A DNA stretch of 64,000 nt from Minisyncoccota bacterium (GCA_963668425.1 OY764332.1:460336-524335); one strand, 5' to 3'; shown: positions 32,986 through 43,564, counted from the stretch's first letter. The notes: a model not told the origin generated them from the letters alone. Program-made: numbers and translations.

Positions 32986-33531
32986 TTATTTGCTTTCTCG
33001 GAGGGTTTTTTCCACGAGGTCCCAGAAGCGTTTTGAGTGGTTCATTTCTTTGAGGTGGCAGAGTTCGTGGACGATGAGCTTGTCTGCCTCTTTTTTTGGG
33101 AGAAAGATTATTTTGTAGTTAAACGTGAGATTTCTACTTGATGAACAAATACCCCAACTTGCTTTGAGCTGCTTTGCCCATATGTTGTTAAAGGTGAATT
33201 TGTTTTTTCTATTCCAGTATGTTACTTTTTCTTCACAAAATCGTAAAGCCCTTTCTTTGTGTTTGAGAAAATGTTCACGATCGTCTATTGCAAGGTTTTC
33301 GTTCATTCCGTATCTTTTTGTGAAGGACTCAACACGTTCCGCTATCCATGGATGCTTTTCTCGGACAAATGTTTCAACTGTTGTTTTTTTGACCCACTTT
33401 GGTTTTGTGACTGTTATTTTTCCGCCGATGCCGATTGCTAGTTTGAGATGTTGTGCCTTTGGATGGTTAACCAGTTCATACTCTAGATATCGGTTTTTAT
33501 ATCTCATTTTTTGTCGTGAGCGAGTAGCCAT
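32986..33531 (-). CDS. YgjP/DUF45-family metal-dependent hydrolase (SprT-like)
   Basis: HELCHLKEMNHSKRFW zinc-binding motif near the C-terminus. Confidence 0.55.
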   Translation of the reverse strand: MATRSRQKMRYKNRYLEYELVNHPKAQHLKLAIGIGGKITVTKPKWVKKTTVETFVREKHPWIAERVESFTKRYGMNENLAIDDREHFLKHKERALRFCEEKVTYWNRKNKFTFNNIWAKQLKASWGICSSSRNLTFNYKIIFLPKKEADKLIVHELCHLKEMNHSKRFWDLVEKTLRESK

Positions 33532-33798
33532 ATACCTCTCAGTATAGCCATCTACTTCTTAAAAAGCAATCTCCTGATACCGTATCTTGGCACTGCGATA
33601 TGTCGTTTGTATGGAATGAAAAGCCCTATAAAATAAGGATATTTTTGTTATTTTAGGGTGACAATGGGGTAATGGGTTGATAAGGGTGGAAAATTGACAA
33701 TACGTCAATATTGCTATATAATATCTGTATGTTCTATTTTATGGAACAGTCGTATTTTTGTATTTTTTTTACTTAAAAATTTTGAATTGGAGGGAAAA

Positions 33799-34785
33799 AT
33801 GAGAATATTTTTCTGTTTTGCGTTGGCTGTTTGTGTCGGGACCTTTTTGGGGCTTTTTTCCTCTGAGGAGTATGCTTCAAGCAGTGAGGCCGCCGTTGAG
33901 ACGGTGGCCACGAAGAAGGTTTCTTCTATCAGATTCCCCAAACGGGGCGAGGTCTTGAAGGCGGCCAATAAGTTGGCGCCTCATACTAGAGTGCCGGTAA
34001 GTATCTTGCTCGCGATTTGTGAGCAGGAAACCAACCTAGGCGCCAACCAGGGAGAGGTTTCTCGCGCTCTGCGTCGTGCCAGGAGTATCAAGGAACAGAT
34101 TATCCTTGATGTTCTGGCGAAGAAGCAGGGCATGAGTGACCCTGACCTGCTCAAGGTTTCGCCTAATGCAGCCTTTGGCTTGGTCCAGGCCCGGCCGAGT
34201 TATTATCTCCATCATACTGGCATGGAGATTGACTTCGGCAGTACGCCGACAGTGCTCTTACACGGGACAGATCAGTATCGGAATATGTCCCGTGGTGAAA
34301 GGGCGGCAGGGATCAAGGCGATTCAGCACAAGCTCGGCTTGCGTGGGGATGACCTTGATGGTGTTGTAGGGGGGAAGACCCTTGACGCCATAAGGCGTGC
34401 CGCTGGTACTCGGTCGTTTGACCGGCTTGCTAAGTACCGGCTGGTAAAAAAATTCTTTGCCGATCAGGTAAAGGTGAAGACCGCCAAAAGCAAAGACAAA
34501 GTGTGGCGGCGGATTTGCCTTGCTGAGGGCAAGGATCCTCGTAAGGCAAAGTACTTCATGCCGGACCTCTGGGATCCGCTTCACGCCTTTGCCTATGCAA
34601 GCGTCCACATTGAGGACGACCTGCGTTTGGCAGGTGGGAAGTTGGACATTGCCATTGCCGCGTACTATACCGGCATTGGCAGCGCAAAGCAAGGTTGCAG
34701 GGATGGGGTTTGGTATAGAAGGCAAGTGAAAGCAAAGGCAAAGAAGTATGCTTCTGCCTCACTTGCTAAGTCAAATGTCTCCTGA
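33799..34785 (+). CDS. Secreted protein with lytic-transglycosylase-like N-terminal region and a peptidoglycan-binding-like repeat
   Basis: Has a signal peptide, CEQETNLGANQGE...AFGLVQ (SLT-like) and KLGLRGDDLDGVVGGKTLDAIRRAAG (PG_binding_1-like). The RBS GGAGGG precedes the ATG at 33799. Confidence 0.45.
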   Translation: MRIFFCFALAVCVGTFLGLFSSEEYASSSEAAVETVATKKVSSIRFPKRGEVLKAANKLAPHTRVPVSILLAICEQETNLGANQGEVSRALRRARSIKEQIILDVLAKKQGMSDPDLLKVSPNAAFGLVQARPSYYLHHTGMEIDFGSTPTVLLHGTDQYRNMSRGERAAGIKAIQHKLGLRGDDLDGVVGGKTLDAIRRAAGTRSFDRLAKYRLVKKFFADQVKVKTAKSKDKVWRRICLAEGKDPRKAKYFMPDLWDPLHAFAYASVHIEDDLRLAGGKLDIAIAAYYTGIGSAKQGCRDGVWYRRQVKAKAKKYASASLAKSNVS

Positions 34786-34891
34786 TCTTTATATGGGGCG
34801 AACGTTTTACGTTCGCCCCTATTTTTATACTTGCAGATTACTATTGTTTTGCTATTTTTGCACTATATACTGTTTATATACTATACGTTGT

Positions 34892-35728
34892 ATGAGTGAT
34901 GTACATGTTGACAAGTTGAATAATTCGCAGTTGATATTGTTGGTGCTATTGATCTCGTTGGTGGTTAGTGCGGCGACGGCAGTGGCGACTTTGTCGGTGG
35001 TGTATGAGCGTTTGGCATTGGCTACGGAAGAGGATGTGGAAGCACGGCCGACCATTATTCGTCAGACCATTAATCGAATTATTGAGCGGGAGCCGGCGTT
35101 GCTGTCATCTGAGGTTGCTACAGGTATGCAACAGGTGTCGAGTGCGGGTATGGCACTTACGCTGGAGGCCATTGAGCAATCTTTAGTGCGAATTTACTTT
35201 GGCTCACAGCCATCTGCTCATGGTGTGTATGTCTCGCTGGACGGACACATTCTTACCTCGGAGGTGCTGGATGGACAACGGCGGTACAGTGTGCTTGATA
35301 GGGCGGGGCACCCCACTTTCTTTTCACTTTTGTATAGTGGTGAGGAGTACTCGTTGCTCTCTCCGGTAGATGTTGGTGTGCATACCGTGCAGCACTATGT
35401 GCCACTTGAGCATATCACTGATGTATCACTCGGGCAGGCAGTGGTTGTCTTTAGTGGGTCAGGACAGAATGCACAGTTGCACACTGGCATTGTTTCGCAA
35501 AAGAAGGTGATGGCCAATGCAGTTGAATCGGTGCGGATTTCTGTTGCTATGTCAGATGTTGTTAGCACTTCTGTAGTGTTTATTGAAAATTTGTTTGCTG
35601 GGTTTACACGGTCGTACTCCGACTGGGTTCCATTACTTGACAGTGCTTTTGTTGCTGGTGCGGCGCAGGCGATTCAGGCGCAGGCAGCGGCAAGAGATAC
35701 TGAATCAGCAGATGTAGGATCATCATAA
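34892..35728 (+). CDS. Hypothetical membrane-anchored protein
   Basis: N-terminal TM (LILLVLLISLVVSAATAVA). I recognise no family. Confidence 0.4.
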   Translation: MSDVHVDKLNNSQLILLVLLISLVVSAATAVATLSVVYERLALATEEDVEARPTIIRQTINRIIEREPALLSSEVATGMQQVSSAGMALTLEAIEQSLVRIYFGSQPSAHGVYVSLDGHILTSEVLDGQRRYSVLDRAGHPTFFSLLYSGEEYSLLSPVDVGVHTVQHYVPLEHITDVSLGQAVVVFSGSGQNAQLHTGIVSQKKVMANAVESVRISVAMSDVVSTSVVFIENLFAGFTRSYSDWVPLLDSAFVAGAAQAIQAQAAARDTESADVGSS

Positions 35729-35787
35729 TAATGGAGGGGTGTAAAGTGGTTGAAACGGCAGATTGGGTGTGTTACTATGTGTACTGT

Positions 35788-38490
35788 ATGTCGTCGTTTC
35801 AGCAATTTACCGCAAAAGCAAAAGAGGCCTTTCGGATGGCGCAAGAACTTGCCGTTGACAATGGACATCAGAATATTAGTCCAGTGCATTTATTCACTGC
35901 GCTTGTTGGGCAGGAGGATGGGATTGTACAGCCGGTGCTTCAGAAATTAAATATTGATCCTTATGCGCTATACAATCAGGCGGTTGGGTTGTTGGAGTCC
36001 CGTGCTTCATCGTTTGATATAGAAGGGTCGCCGATTGTGCAGCTGTATCCGACGCCGGAGCTGGCTATTGTGCTTGAGCATTCGGGTAAGATTGCAAATG
36101 CGCTTAAGGAAAAGCATATTTCAACTGAGCATTTGTTTTTGGCGGTGCTTGAAAAGCCGGGTATCCTGCGAGGATTGCTAGAGGGATATGGATTATATGC
36201 CAAGGAAGTGCATGAGACGATTGTGCAGTTGCGGAAGGAGAACAAGCAGGAAGTGCAAAATACAAAGGCGAAGAGCTTGGAGAAATATGGGCGTAATTTA
36301 ACGCAACTTGCCCGGGAAAATAAGTTGGATCCGGTTATTGGGCGCGATGAAGAGACCGCGCGAGTTATTCAGATATTGTCCCGCAGAACAAAGAACAACC
36401 CGATTCTTATCGGTGAGGCGGGAACTGGTAAGACGGCAATAGGTGAGGGTTTGGCGCAGAGAATTGTATCTGGTGATGTGCCAGAATCTATGCGCTCTAA
36501 AGAGTTGTACAGTTTGGATGTGGTTAGTATGTTGGCTGGGACGAAGTTTCGTGGGGAATTTGAGGATCGTCTGAAAAAGGTGATGAAAGAAGTGGAAGAC
36601 GCAAAGGATGCATATATTTTGTTTGTGGATGAGATACATTCGTTGGTTGGTACTGGGAATGCTGAGGGGACGATGGATGCCGCGAACATTCTGAAACCGG
36701 CACTTGCTCGTGGGCAGATGCGGATGATTGGGGCGACTACTTTGAAAGAATATCAGCAGCATATTGAAAAGGATGGTGCACTGACACGACGCTTTCAGCC
36801 GGTGTATGTTTCTGAGCCGTCTATTGAAGATGCGATTTCTATTCTGCGTGGGTTGCGAGAGCGGTATGAGGTATACCATGGTGTACGTATTACTGATGCG
36901 GCAATTGTTGCGGCGGCACAGCTGAGTAGTCGGTATATCACGGAGCGATTTTTGCCGGATAAGGCGATTGATTTGGTGGATGAGGCGGCTTCGTTGATGC
37001 GGGTATCGCTTGAGAATAAACCACCTGAGCTGGATGTGGCGCACCGGAGAATTATGCAGCTTGAAATTGAGATGGAAGCCGTTAAGAAAGATCATGAGGC
37101 GACAAAAGATGTCGGTACCAAAGAGCGGATGGAACAGTTGGAAAAGGAAATTGCTGATGTAAAGGAGGAGAGTAGGGAGCTGGAGGTGCGCTGGAAAAAT
37201 GAGAAAGAAACTATTGAGCAGATCAAGGAGTTGCAGACCAATCTTGAACGGAAACGCTATGAGGGAGAAGAAGCGGAAAGTAAGGCGGATTTTACGCGTG
37301 CGGCAGAGATTCGGTATAAGGATATTCCGCTGATTGAGAGTAAGTTTAAAAAGGCGCAGTCACGTTTGAAGCGACTGCAGAAAAATAGGAAGATATTGCG
37401 AGAGGAAGTTACTGAAGAGGATATTGCACATGTTATCGCGCGATGGACTGGTGTTCCGGCAACGAGAATGCTTGAGAGTGAGGCGAAGAAGTTGGGCAGA
37501 ATGGAGACAGAACTCAAGAAGCAAATTATCGGACAGGATGAATCTATACACAAAATTGCCGCGGCGATTAAGCGTTCGCGTGCTGGTATCGCGAATCCGG
37601 ATCGGCCGGTTGGCTCGTTTTTGTTTCTGGGTCCGACTGGTGTCGGGAAGACCGAACTTGCAAAACAGCTTGCACAGTATATGTTTGATGATGAGAAAGC
37701 GTTGGTGCGGTTTGATATGTCTGAGTATATGGAGCGGCACACGGTGTCTAAAATGATTGGTGCGCCTCCTGGGTATGTTGGCTATGAAGAGGCGGGTAAA
37801 CTGACTGAGGCAGTGCGACACCGACCGTATTCAATTGTGTTGTTTGATGAGATAGAGAAAGCGCATCCAGATGTATTTAATGTGTTATTGCAGGTGCTGG
37901 ATGACGGGCGGCTTACTGATAGCAAGGGGCGGCTGGTTAATTTTAAAAATGTGGTTGTTATTCTTACTTCTAATGTTGGTTCTGAGAAATTGATCAATAT
38001 GAATCAAATTGGATTTGAAGAAACGGTGAAGAAATCTGAAGAACGGTCCAGGCAGTATGATGAGGTGCGCAATAGGGTGATGGATACCCTGCAAAAATCG
38101 TTTAGGCCAGAGTTTTTGAATCGTCTTGATGAGATTATTGTCTTTAGACCGCTTAGTCAGCCAGATGTTAGGAAGGTGGTAACTTTGCAAGTTAATGAGG
38201 CGATACAACGACTTGCTGATCGGGAGATTACTATTACTGTTGATCGTGCGGTTTATGAGAAGATTGGCAAGGAGGGGTATCATGCTGAGTACGGTGCACG
38301 GCCGCTTCGTAGGAAGATTCAGACAGACCTGCTCAATCCACTTGCCAATGCCATTATTGAGGGTAATCTCGGCAGAGGTTCAAGTGTTCATGTGCGTGTT
38401 GAAAATGGTATGTACAAGTTTGGTGTTACCAAGAAGCATACTCAAAAATCTAAAGCAAAAACCAAAAAACGCGAAGGTGTGTTGGTGTAG
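35788..38490 (+). CDS. clpB: ATP-dependent chaperone ClpB
   Basis: Clp_N domain, two AAA+ modules (GEAGTGKTA; GPTGVGKT) and a long coiled-coil M-domain between them. Confidence 0.9.
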   Translation: MSSFQQFTAKAKEAFRMAQELAVDNGHQNISPVHLFTALVGQEDGIVQPVLQKLNIDPYALYNQAVGLLESRASSFDIEGSPIVQLYPTPELAIVLEHSGKIANALKEKHISTEHLFLAVLEKPGILRGLLEGYGLYAKEVHETIVQLRKENKQEVQNTKAKSLEKYGRNLTQLARENKLDPVIGRDEETARVIQILSRRTKNNPILIGEAGTGKTAIGEGLAQRIVSGDVPESMRSKELYSLDVVSMLAGTKFRGEFEDRLKKVMKEVEDAKDAYILFVDEIHSLVGTGNAEGTMDAANILKPALARGQMRMIGATTLKEYQQHIEKDGALTRRFQPVYVSEPSIEDAISILRGLRERYEVYHGVRITDAAIVAAAQLSSRYITERFLPDKAIDLVDEAASLMRVSLENKPPELDVAHRRIMQLEIEMEAVKKDHEATKDVGTKERMEQLEKEIADVKEESRELEVRWKNEKETIEQIKELQTNLERKRYEGEEAESKADFTRAAEIRYKDIPLIESKFKKAQSRLKRLQKNRKILREEVTEEDIAHVIARWTGVPATRMLESEAKKLGRMETELKKQIIGQDESIHKIAAAIKRSRAGIANPDRPVGSFLFLGPTGVGKTELAKQLAQYMFDDEKALVRFDMSEYMERHTVSKMIGAPPGYVGYEEAGKLTEAVRHRPYSIVLFDEIEKAHPDVFNVLLQVLDDGRLTDSKGRLVNFKNVVVILTSNVGSEKLINMNQIGFEETVKKSEERSRQYDEVRNRVMDTLQKSFRPEFLNRLDEIIVFRPLSQPDVRKVVTLQVNEAIQRLADREITITVDRAVYEKIGKEGYHAEYGARPLRRKIQTDLLNPLANAIIEGNLGRGSSVHVRVENGMYKFGVTKKHTQKSKAKTKKREGVLV

Positions 38491-38709
38491 GGAAAGATTG
38501 GCTTGTGTTCGGTGCTACCTTTGACGGTGCTATAAAACCATCAGAAAACTATCTGCGGGATGCAGTGTATATTTTTCTGATGGTTTTCGGCGTTCTGCTT
38601 ACGCCACTCGTCAAGCTTTTGCTTTGCAAAAACCTATCGGCTGTCGCCGATGTTCTCGTCGCCCGGTTCACACCATTACTGTTTCATTTTTATTGATAGT
38701 TGGTATTAC

Positions 38710-38794
38710 GGTGCGCCGGGCAGGATTTGAACCTGCGAAGCCTTTCGGCGATGGATTTACAGTCCATTGCAATTGACCACTCTGCCACCGACGC
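38710..38794 (-). tRNA. tRNA-Tyr (anticodon GUA), long variable arm
   Basis: Reverse complement folds with acceptor GCGTCGG/CCGGCGC, anticodon loop CTGTAAA and variable arm GCCGAAAGGC. Confidence 0.75.
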
Positions 38795-38858
38795 GCAATA
38801 TGCTGAGTATACCACCTTTTTTGAAAAATGATTGGGTGGTATGGTATACTACACCACT

Positions 38859-39014
38859 ATGTCACAAGATAATATCATTAATATGAAGTGCGAAGAAACA
38901 GGGGATATTCATTATGTAACTCGCAAGAATAGGAAACAGAATCCTGATCCGCTGGTACTAAAGAAGTATAATCAGAAACTCCGCAAGCACACCACGTACA
39001 AGGAATCTAAGTAA
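38859..39014 (+). CDS. rpmG: 50S ribosomal protein L33
   Basis: MSQDNIINMKCEETGDIHYVTRKNRKQNPDPLVLKKYNQKLRKHTTYKE matches the L33 pattern (C..C...Y.T.KN......L.LKKY.P...KHT..KE). Confidence 0.7.
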   Translation: MSQDNIINMKCEETGDIHYVTRKNRKQNPDPLVLKKYNQKLRKHTTYKESK

Positions 39015-39056
39015 ACCGCCTTACGTTTTGAAAATGCCTTAAAAATAAGGGATAGT

Positions 39057-39773
39057 ATGGTGTATACTGGCAAGGATATGGTAGGAGTGCTGTATGTGGT
39101 TGGGACGCCAATTGGGAATTTGGGGGATATGACAGGTCGGGCGGTGGAGGTATTGCGGGAGGTGGATACTATTTTTTGTGAAGATACACGGGTAACGCGG
39201 AATCTGTTGGCGCATTACACAATTGATGTTGCGTGTGTATCGTATCATTCGTTTAGTGGTTTCGGGAAGATTGCGTTGGCAATAGCCCTTATGAGACAAG
39301 GGAAAGATATTGCACTTGTCTCTGATGCTGGTACGCCGACTATCTCTGATCCAGGGGTAAAGTTTGTCCGGCATGTTCGTGAGACGTTTGGTGATGCGGC
39401 AGATATTCGTGCGGTACCGGGTGCATCTGCGGTTGTTGCCGCACTGTCTATCTCTGGTGCTCCGAGCTCTTCGTTTGTATTTTTAGGATTTCTGCCGCGG
39501 AAGAGGGGACGAAGATCTCTTTTTAGGGAGATTGCTGCTGAGAAGCGTACTGTGGTGTGTTATGAGGCACCACATCGATTGCTAAAGACACTTGAATCTC
39601 TGCGAGAGCATGTTGATCCGATGCGAGAAGTTATTGTTGCACGGGAAATGACAAAGGTGTATGAGCAAGTTGTTGCTGGAACAGCGGCAGATGTATTGGC
39701 ATATTATGTGGCACATTCGGATAAAGTGCGAGGTGAGGTGGTTATTATTATTTCCGCTTTGCAGAAGGTCTGA
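39057..39773 (+). CDS. rsmI: 16S rRNA (cytidine1402-2'-O)-methyltransferase RsmI (tetrapyrrole-methylase fold)
   Basis: Motifs LYVVGTPIGNLGDMT and IFCEDTRVTRNLL. Confidence 0.75.
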   Translation: MVYTGKDMVGVLYVVGTPIGNLGDMTGRAVEVLREVDTIFCEDTRVTRNLLAHYTIDVACVSYHSFSGFGKIALAIALMRQGKDIALVSDAGTPTISDPGVKFVRHVRETFGDAADIRAVPGASAVVAALSISGAPSSSFVFLGFLPRKRGRRSLFREIAAEKRTVVCYEAPHRLLKTLESLREHVDPMREVIVAREMTKVYEQVVAGTAADVLAYYVAHSDKVRGEVVIIISALQKV

Positions 39774-39846
39774 GTGTGTATGCTGTTTTTGTTTTTTTAT
39801 TGGTGTGAATGATATAGGTGGGATGGTTGCTGTATACTGAACTTGT

Positions 39847-40053
39847 ATGATATATCGCCTTATATTTGTCGCAAGTGTTGTTTTGCTTTCGTTTCCGTTT
39901 GTGGGGGTATATTTAAAGTGGAAAGTGTGGGTGGCGTTTGGGCTGGGAGTGTTGTTTTTTGTGTATTCTGTCTACAGTGCGGTTCGGCATGTTGCTGAGA
40001 AAGGAGAGAAGGAGTCGGCGGAGGTGGCGAAGCATGTTAAAAAGCAAGAGTAA
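39847..40053 (+). CDS. Small membrane protein, hypothetical
   Basis: 68 aa, two TM. Confidence 0.3.
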   Translation: MIYRLIFVASVVLLSFPFVGVYLKWKVWVAFGLGVLFFVYSVYSAVRHVAEKGEKESAEVAKHVKKQE

Positions 40054-40058
40054 ACTGT

Positions 40059-43000
40059 ATGGTGTACGATCCTGAAAGAATAGTAAGCATTGGGGAGCTA
40101 GAAAAACGAGGGAAGACCGTGCGTTTTGGTATTAAGGAAAAGGATAGGTCTCGGCATATTTATGTTATCGGACAGACGGGTACTGGTAAGTCAACATTGT
40201 TGGAGATGTTGGCGATGCAGGATATACGAAACGGTACCGGTTTGATTTTTATGGATCCGCATGGGCAGTCAGTTGAAGCATTGTTGCAATATGTAACACG
40301 GGACTATTTGGATAACATTATCTACTTTGCGCCACATCATCAGGAAAGACCGATTGGGTTGAATATTATGGAAGATATTGGCTATGATAAGCGGCATTTG
40401 GTGGTAAGTAGTTTGATGGCGTCGTTTGAGAAAATTTGGGGAGCTGGAACCTGGTCAGATAGGATGGCATACATTTTGCAGAATACGTTACTGGCGTTGA
40501 TTGAGTATCCTGGTACCACCTTGCTTGATGTTGGACGAATGTATAGTAGTAAAGGTTTTCGGGAGAAAGTTGTTGCTAACTTAAAAGACCCACAGGTGCG
40601 GAAGTACTGGGTTGAGGAATTTGCAAACTATACCGAGCGATACGCTCAGGAGGCAACACCATCTATTCAGAACAAGCTCGGTCAGTTTACCTCTAATCCG
40701 TTGATGCGAAATATTATTGGACAGAAGGACTCTGCGTTTAATTTTCGGGAGATTATGGATGAGGGGAAAATACTATTGGTGAATTTATCAAAAGGGCAGA
40801 TTGGTGAGAATAATGCACGAATGCTTGGTGTGTTGTTCACGACGAAGATTTATCTTGCCGCACTATCGCGAAGTAATATGACGAAGGCAGAGTTAGAGGC
40901 GGCGAATCCTTGTAATTTCTTTGTTGATGAGTTTCAGTCATTTGCGAATTCTTCTTTTTCTGATATTTTGTCTGAGGCGCGAAAATATAAGTTAAATCTG
41001 GTGATGGCGCATCAGTATTTAGGACAGTTATACTCTGATGACTCTGGTGGCGGAGATGTGATTCGGGATGCGGTGTTTGGTAATGTGGGAACCTTTGTAT
41101 CATTTCGGGTTGGTCCGGTTGATGCGGAGATTATTTCTAAACAATTTGCGCCGGATATTGCGGAGGAGGACTTGGTTGCGTTGCCACGGTATCATATATA
41201 CCTTACGTTGAATATTGATGGTGCCGGCTCTACACCATTTTCTGCAAGGACTTTTTATGAGCCAGCGCCGGAGAGTATGTCATTGGAGGATGAGGTTGTG
41301 CAGCGAACAATGGATGTTTACGGTGCTGATCGAGCGGCTGTAGAGAAATTGGTTGAGGATAATTTGGCGGAGGATGTTCAATCTAATGAAGTAGCAAAGA
41401 AATCTGGTGGACAGAAGGGTGGTGGGAAGAAATCTGGCTGGCAGCAGGGTGGTGGTGGACAAAGATCTGGCGGACAGAGGTCTGGTGGACAGAAGGGTGC
41501 ACATGGTGGTGACCGGAGAGATCTAGAGACCCATACCCCATTGAAGGGGTTGGTACAACAGATGATGCAGCGACCTGGGCAACAGAAGGAGGAGAAATCA
41601 AAAGAGCGAGGAGATGATGGTGAGGGATTTGTAAAAAAGAGGGTAGATGCGTCTGATCAGCCAAGGATGGATAGGTCAAAAGAACGTGTTGGGCAGAGGA
41701 GTGAAAGTAGGAGAATCCTGAAGAAGAAGGTGGATGTGTTGGAGCAGCGAGGAGCGAATGAGCCAAAGGAGCGTGTTGAGCAGAAGGGTGAGGTTGGAAA
41801 GGTTGTGAAGAAGGATGTTGCTATGTCAGTGACTGATATGCCGAAGAAAGGGCAGAGTGTCGTTGAGAGGTCAGAAGATGTTCGTGTTGTGGATACCCCA
41901 AAAGTACAGCACTCTTTTCCTGCAGAAGAACAGCGTAGGAGGCGAGGACGAGGGTCGGAAGGCGCTGCATCGGAGCGTGAACAGAATGACGACAGAAAAC
42001 GGTCTGCATCAAGTGGCAAGGTTCGTCGTGAAGAATCTGTTGCCATGCCGAGTCCTAATCAACAACGTACTCAGCGTAGGTCAAATCGTAGAGATGTTAA
42101 GCAGGATGATGGTGGTGGACAAAGATCTGGCGGACAGAGGTCTGGTGGACAGAAGGGTGAGGTTGGAAAGGTTGTGAAGAAGGATGTTGCTATGTCAGTG
42201 ACTGATATGCCGAAGAAAGGGCAGAGTGTCGTTGAGAGGTCAGAAGATGTTCGTGTTGTGGATACCCCAAAAGTACAGCACTCTTTTCCTGCAGAAGAAC
42301 AGCGTAGGAGGCGAGGACGAGGGTCGGAAGGCGCTGCATCGGAGCGTGAACAGAATGACGACAGAAAACGGTCTGCATCAAGTGGCAAGGTTCGTCGTGA
42401 AGAATCTGTTGCCATGCCGAGTCCTAATCAACAACGTACTCAGCGTAGGTCAAATCGTAGAGATGTTAAGCAGGATGATGGTGGTGGACAAAGATCTGGC
42501 GGACAGAGGTCTGGTGGACAGAAGGGTGAGGTTGGAAAGGTTGTGAAGAAGGATGTTGCTATGTCAGTGACTGATATGCCGAAGAAAGGGCAGAGTGTCG
42601 TTGAGAGGTCAGAAGATGTTCGTGTTGTGGATACCCCAAAAGTACAGCACTCTTTTCCTGCAGAAGAACAGCGTAGGAGGCGAGGACGAGGGTCGGAAGG
42701 CGCTGCATCGGAGCGTGAACAGAATGACGACAGAAAACGGTCTGCATCAAGTGGCAAGGTTCGTCGTGAAGAATCTGTTGCCATGCCGAGTCCTAATCAA
42801 CAACGTACTCAGCGTAGGTCAAATCGTAGAGATGTTAAGCAGGATGGAGAGGGTTCTGTACGGAATAGAGGGCAGCGACAGAAGAGGCAAAAGAACCATG
42901 GTGGAGGTGGTGGTCAGAGACATGCTCCCATAGATAAATTTGTTGTACGTACAGAGAAAGAGAAGGGTGGTTCTACAAGCAAGCAAGGAGTTTCTGCTGA

Positions 43001-43379
43001 CGTTAAGCAGGACGAAGCACGCGTAGAACAGCAGGTGAAAGAGAGGCGACCGCAACTTGCTGACGCTCTGCGACGACCAAATGGTGTTGTTGTTGGCACT
43101 GTTTCGCGAAGTATGGCGACACAGCAGTCAGTGACTGAACAACGTACTGAGCAGCCGGATGTCTCAGGTGGGCAGCAAGGCGCACAGGATGCAAAGCAGG
43201 AGCATTCTGGGAAACAGCAGCAGCGTGGGCATGCTGGTGGATTGGGTGATTTGGTAAAGACGACAAAGGCAAGCGGATTGCGAAAAGATTTGAAAGTTGC
43301 ACCGAAAAAAGAGAAGCATGCGCCGCCGATCAGATATGAGGAAGGGTGGTTTTCGATTGGGGATCTTGCCCGGAAGTAG
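40059..43379 (+). CDS. TraD/TraG/VirD4-like (type IV coupling protein family) P-loop ATPase without a TM anchor, with a long basic low-complexity C-terminal tail containing tandem repeats
   Basis: Walker A IGQTGTGKST, the MDPHG motif and Walker B FFVDEFQSF. The C-terminal 550 aa are rich in GGQRSGGQ and RR/KK. Confidence 0.6.
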   Translation: MVYDPERIVSIGELEKRGKTVRFGIKEKDRSRHIYVIGQTGTGKSTLLEMLAMQDIRNGTGLIFMDPHGQSVEALLQYVTRDYLDNIIYFAPHHQERPIGLNIMEDIGYDKRHLVVSSLMASFEKIWGAGTWSDRMAYILQNTLLALIEYPGTTLLDVGRMYSSKGFREKVVANLKDPQVRKYWVEEFANYTERYAQEATPSIQNKLGQFTSNPLMRNIIGQKDSAFNFREIMDEGKILLVNLSKGQIGENNARMLGVLFTTKIYLAALSRSNMTKAELEAANPCNFFVDEFQSFANSSFSDILSEARKYKLNLVMAHQYLGQLYSDDSGGGDVIRDAVFGNVGTFVSFRVGPVDAEIISKQFAPDIAEEDLVALPRYHIYLTLNIDGAGSTPFSARTFYEPAPESMSLEDEVVQRTMDVYGADRAAVEKLVEDNLAEDVQSNEVAKKSGGQKGGGKKSGWQQGGGGQRSGGQRSGGQKGAHGGDRRDLETHTPLKGLVQQMMQRPGQQKEEKSKERGDDGEGFVKKRVDASDQPRMDRSKERVGQRSESRRILKKKVDVLEQRGANEPKERVEQKGEVGKVVKKDVAMSVTDMPKKGQSVVERSEDVRVVDTPKVQHSFPAEEQRRRRGRGSEGAASEREQNDDRKRSASSGKVRREESVAMPSPNQQRTQRRSNRRDVKQDDGGGQRSGGQRSGGQKGEVGKVVKKDVAMSVTDMPKKGQSVVERSEDVRVVDTPKVQHSFPAEEQRRRRGRGSEGAASEREQNDDRKRSASSGKVRREESVAMPSPNQQRTQRRSNRRDVKQDDGGGQRSGGQRSGGQKGEVGKVVKKDVAMSVTDMPKKGQSVVERSEDVRVVDTPKVQHSFPAEEQRRRRGRGSEGAASEREQNDDRKRSASSGKVRREESVAMPSPNQQRTQRRSNRRDVKQDGEGSVRNRGQRQKRQKNHGGGGGQRHAPIDKFVVRTEKEKGGSTSKQGVSADVKQDEARVEQQVKERRPQLADALRRPNGVVVGTVSRSMATQQSVTEQRTEQPDVSGGQQGAQDAKQEHSGKQQQRGHAGGLGDLVKTTKASGLRKDLKVAPKKEKHAPPIRYEEGWFSIGDLARK
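41789..42850. repeat. About 2.9 perfect tandem copies of a 369-bp coding repeat in the coupling-protein-like gene tail
   Basis: Identical 106-aa shadow ORFs lie at 41857, 42226 and 42595, with period 369. A partial extra copy sits near 41455. Confidence 0.85.
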
Positions 43380-43564
43380 GGCTTTGTGTTGCGGGTGTTA
43401 CTTGCTTCACATGTGTATTTCTTGTGTGTTGATATAGGTGATACTTTACTGCTGGCTAGGGTTATATCGGGTGGTTATTGCTGGGCTGGTGTTGTGTTTT
43501 TTGTAGATGGCGCCTGTTGCCGTGGCTATAGGTGAGGTGGTGTTTGTGATACAATACCTTTATT

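Noticed and set aside
36298-38283. Long antisense ORFs inside clpB (for example 36298..37095 minus, 265 aa), with similar ones inside ileS and the giant gene
   Set aside because: They sit opposite strongly supported genes, have no family resemblance and show low-complexity composition. They are typical shadow ORFs.
41857-42933. Three identical 106-aa plus-strand ORFs and matching minus-strand ORFs
   Set aside because: These are out-of-frame and antisense products of the 369-bp tandem coding repeats inside the 40059..43379 gene.
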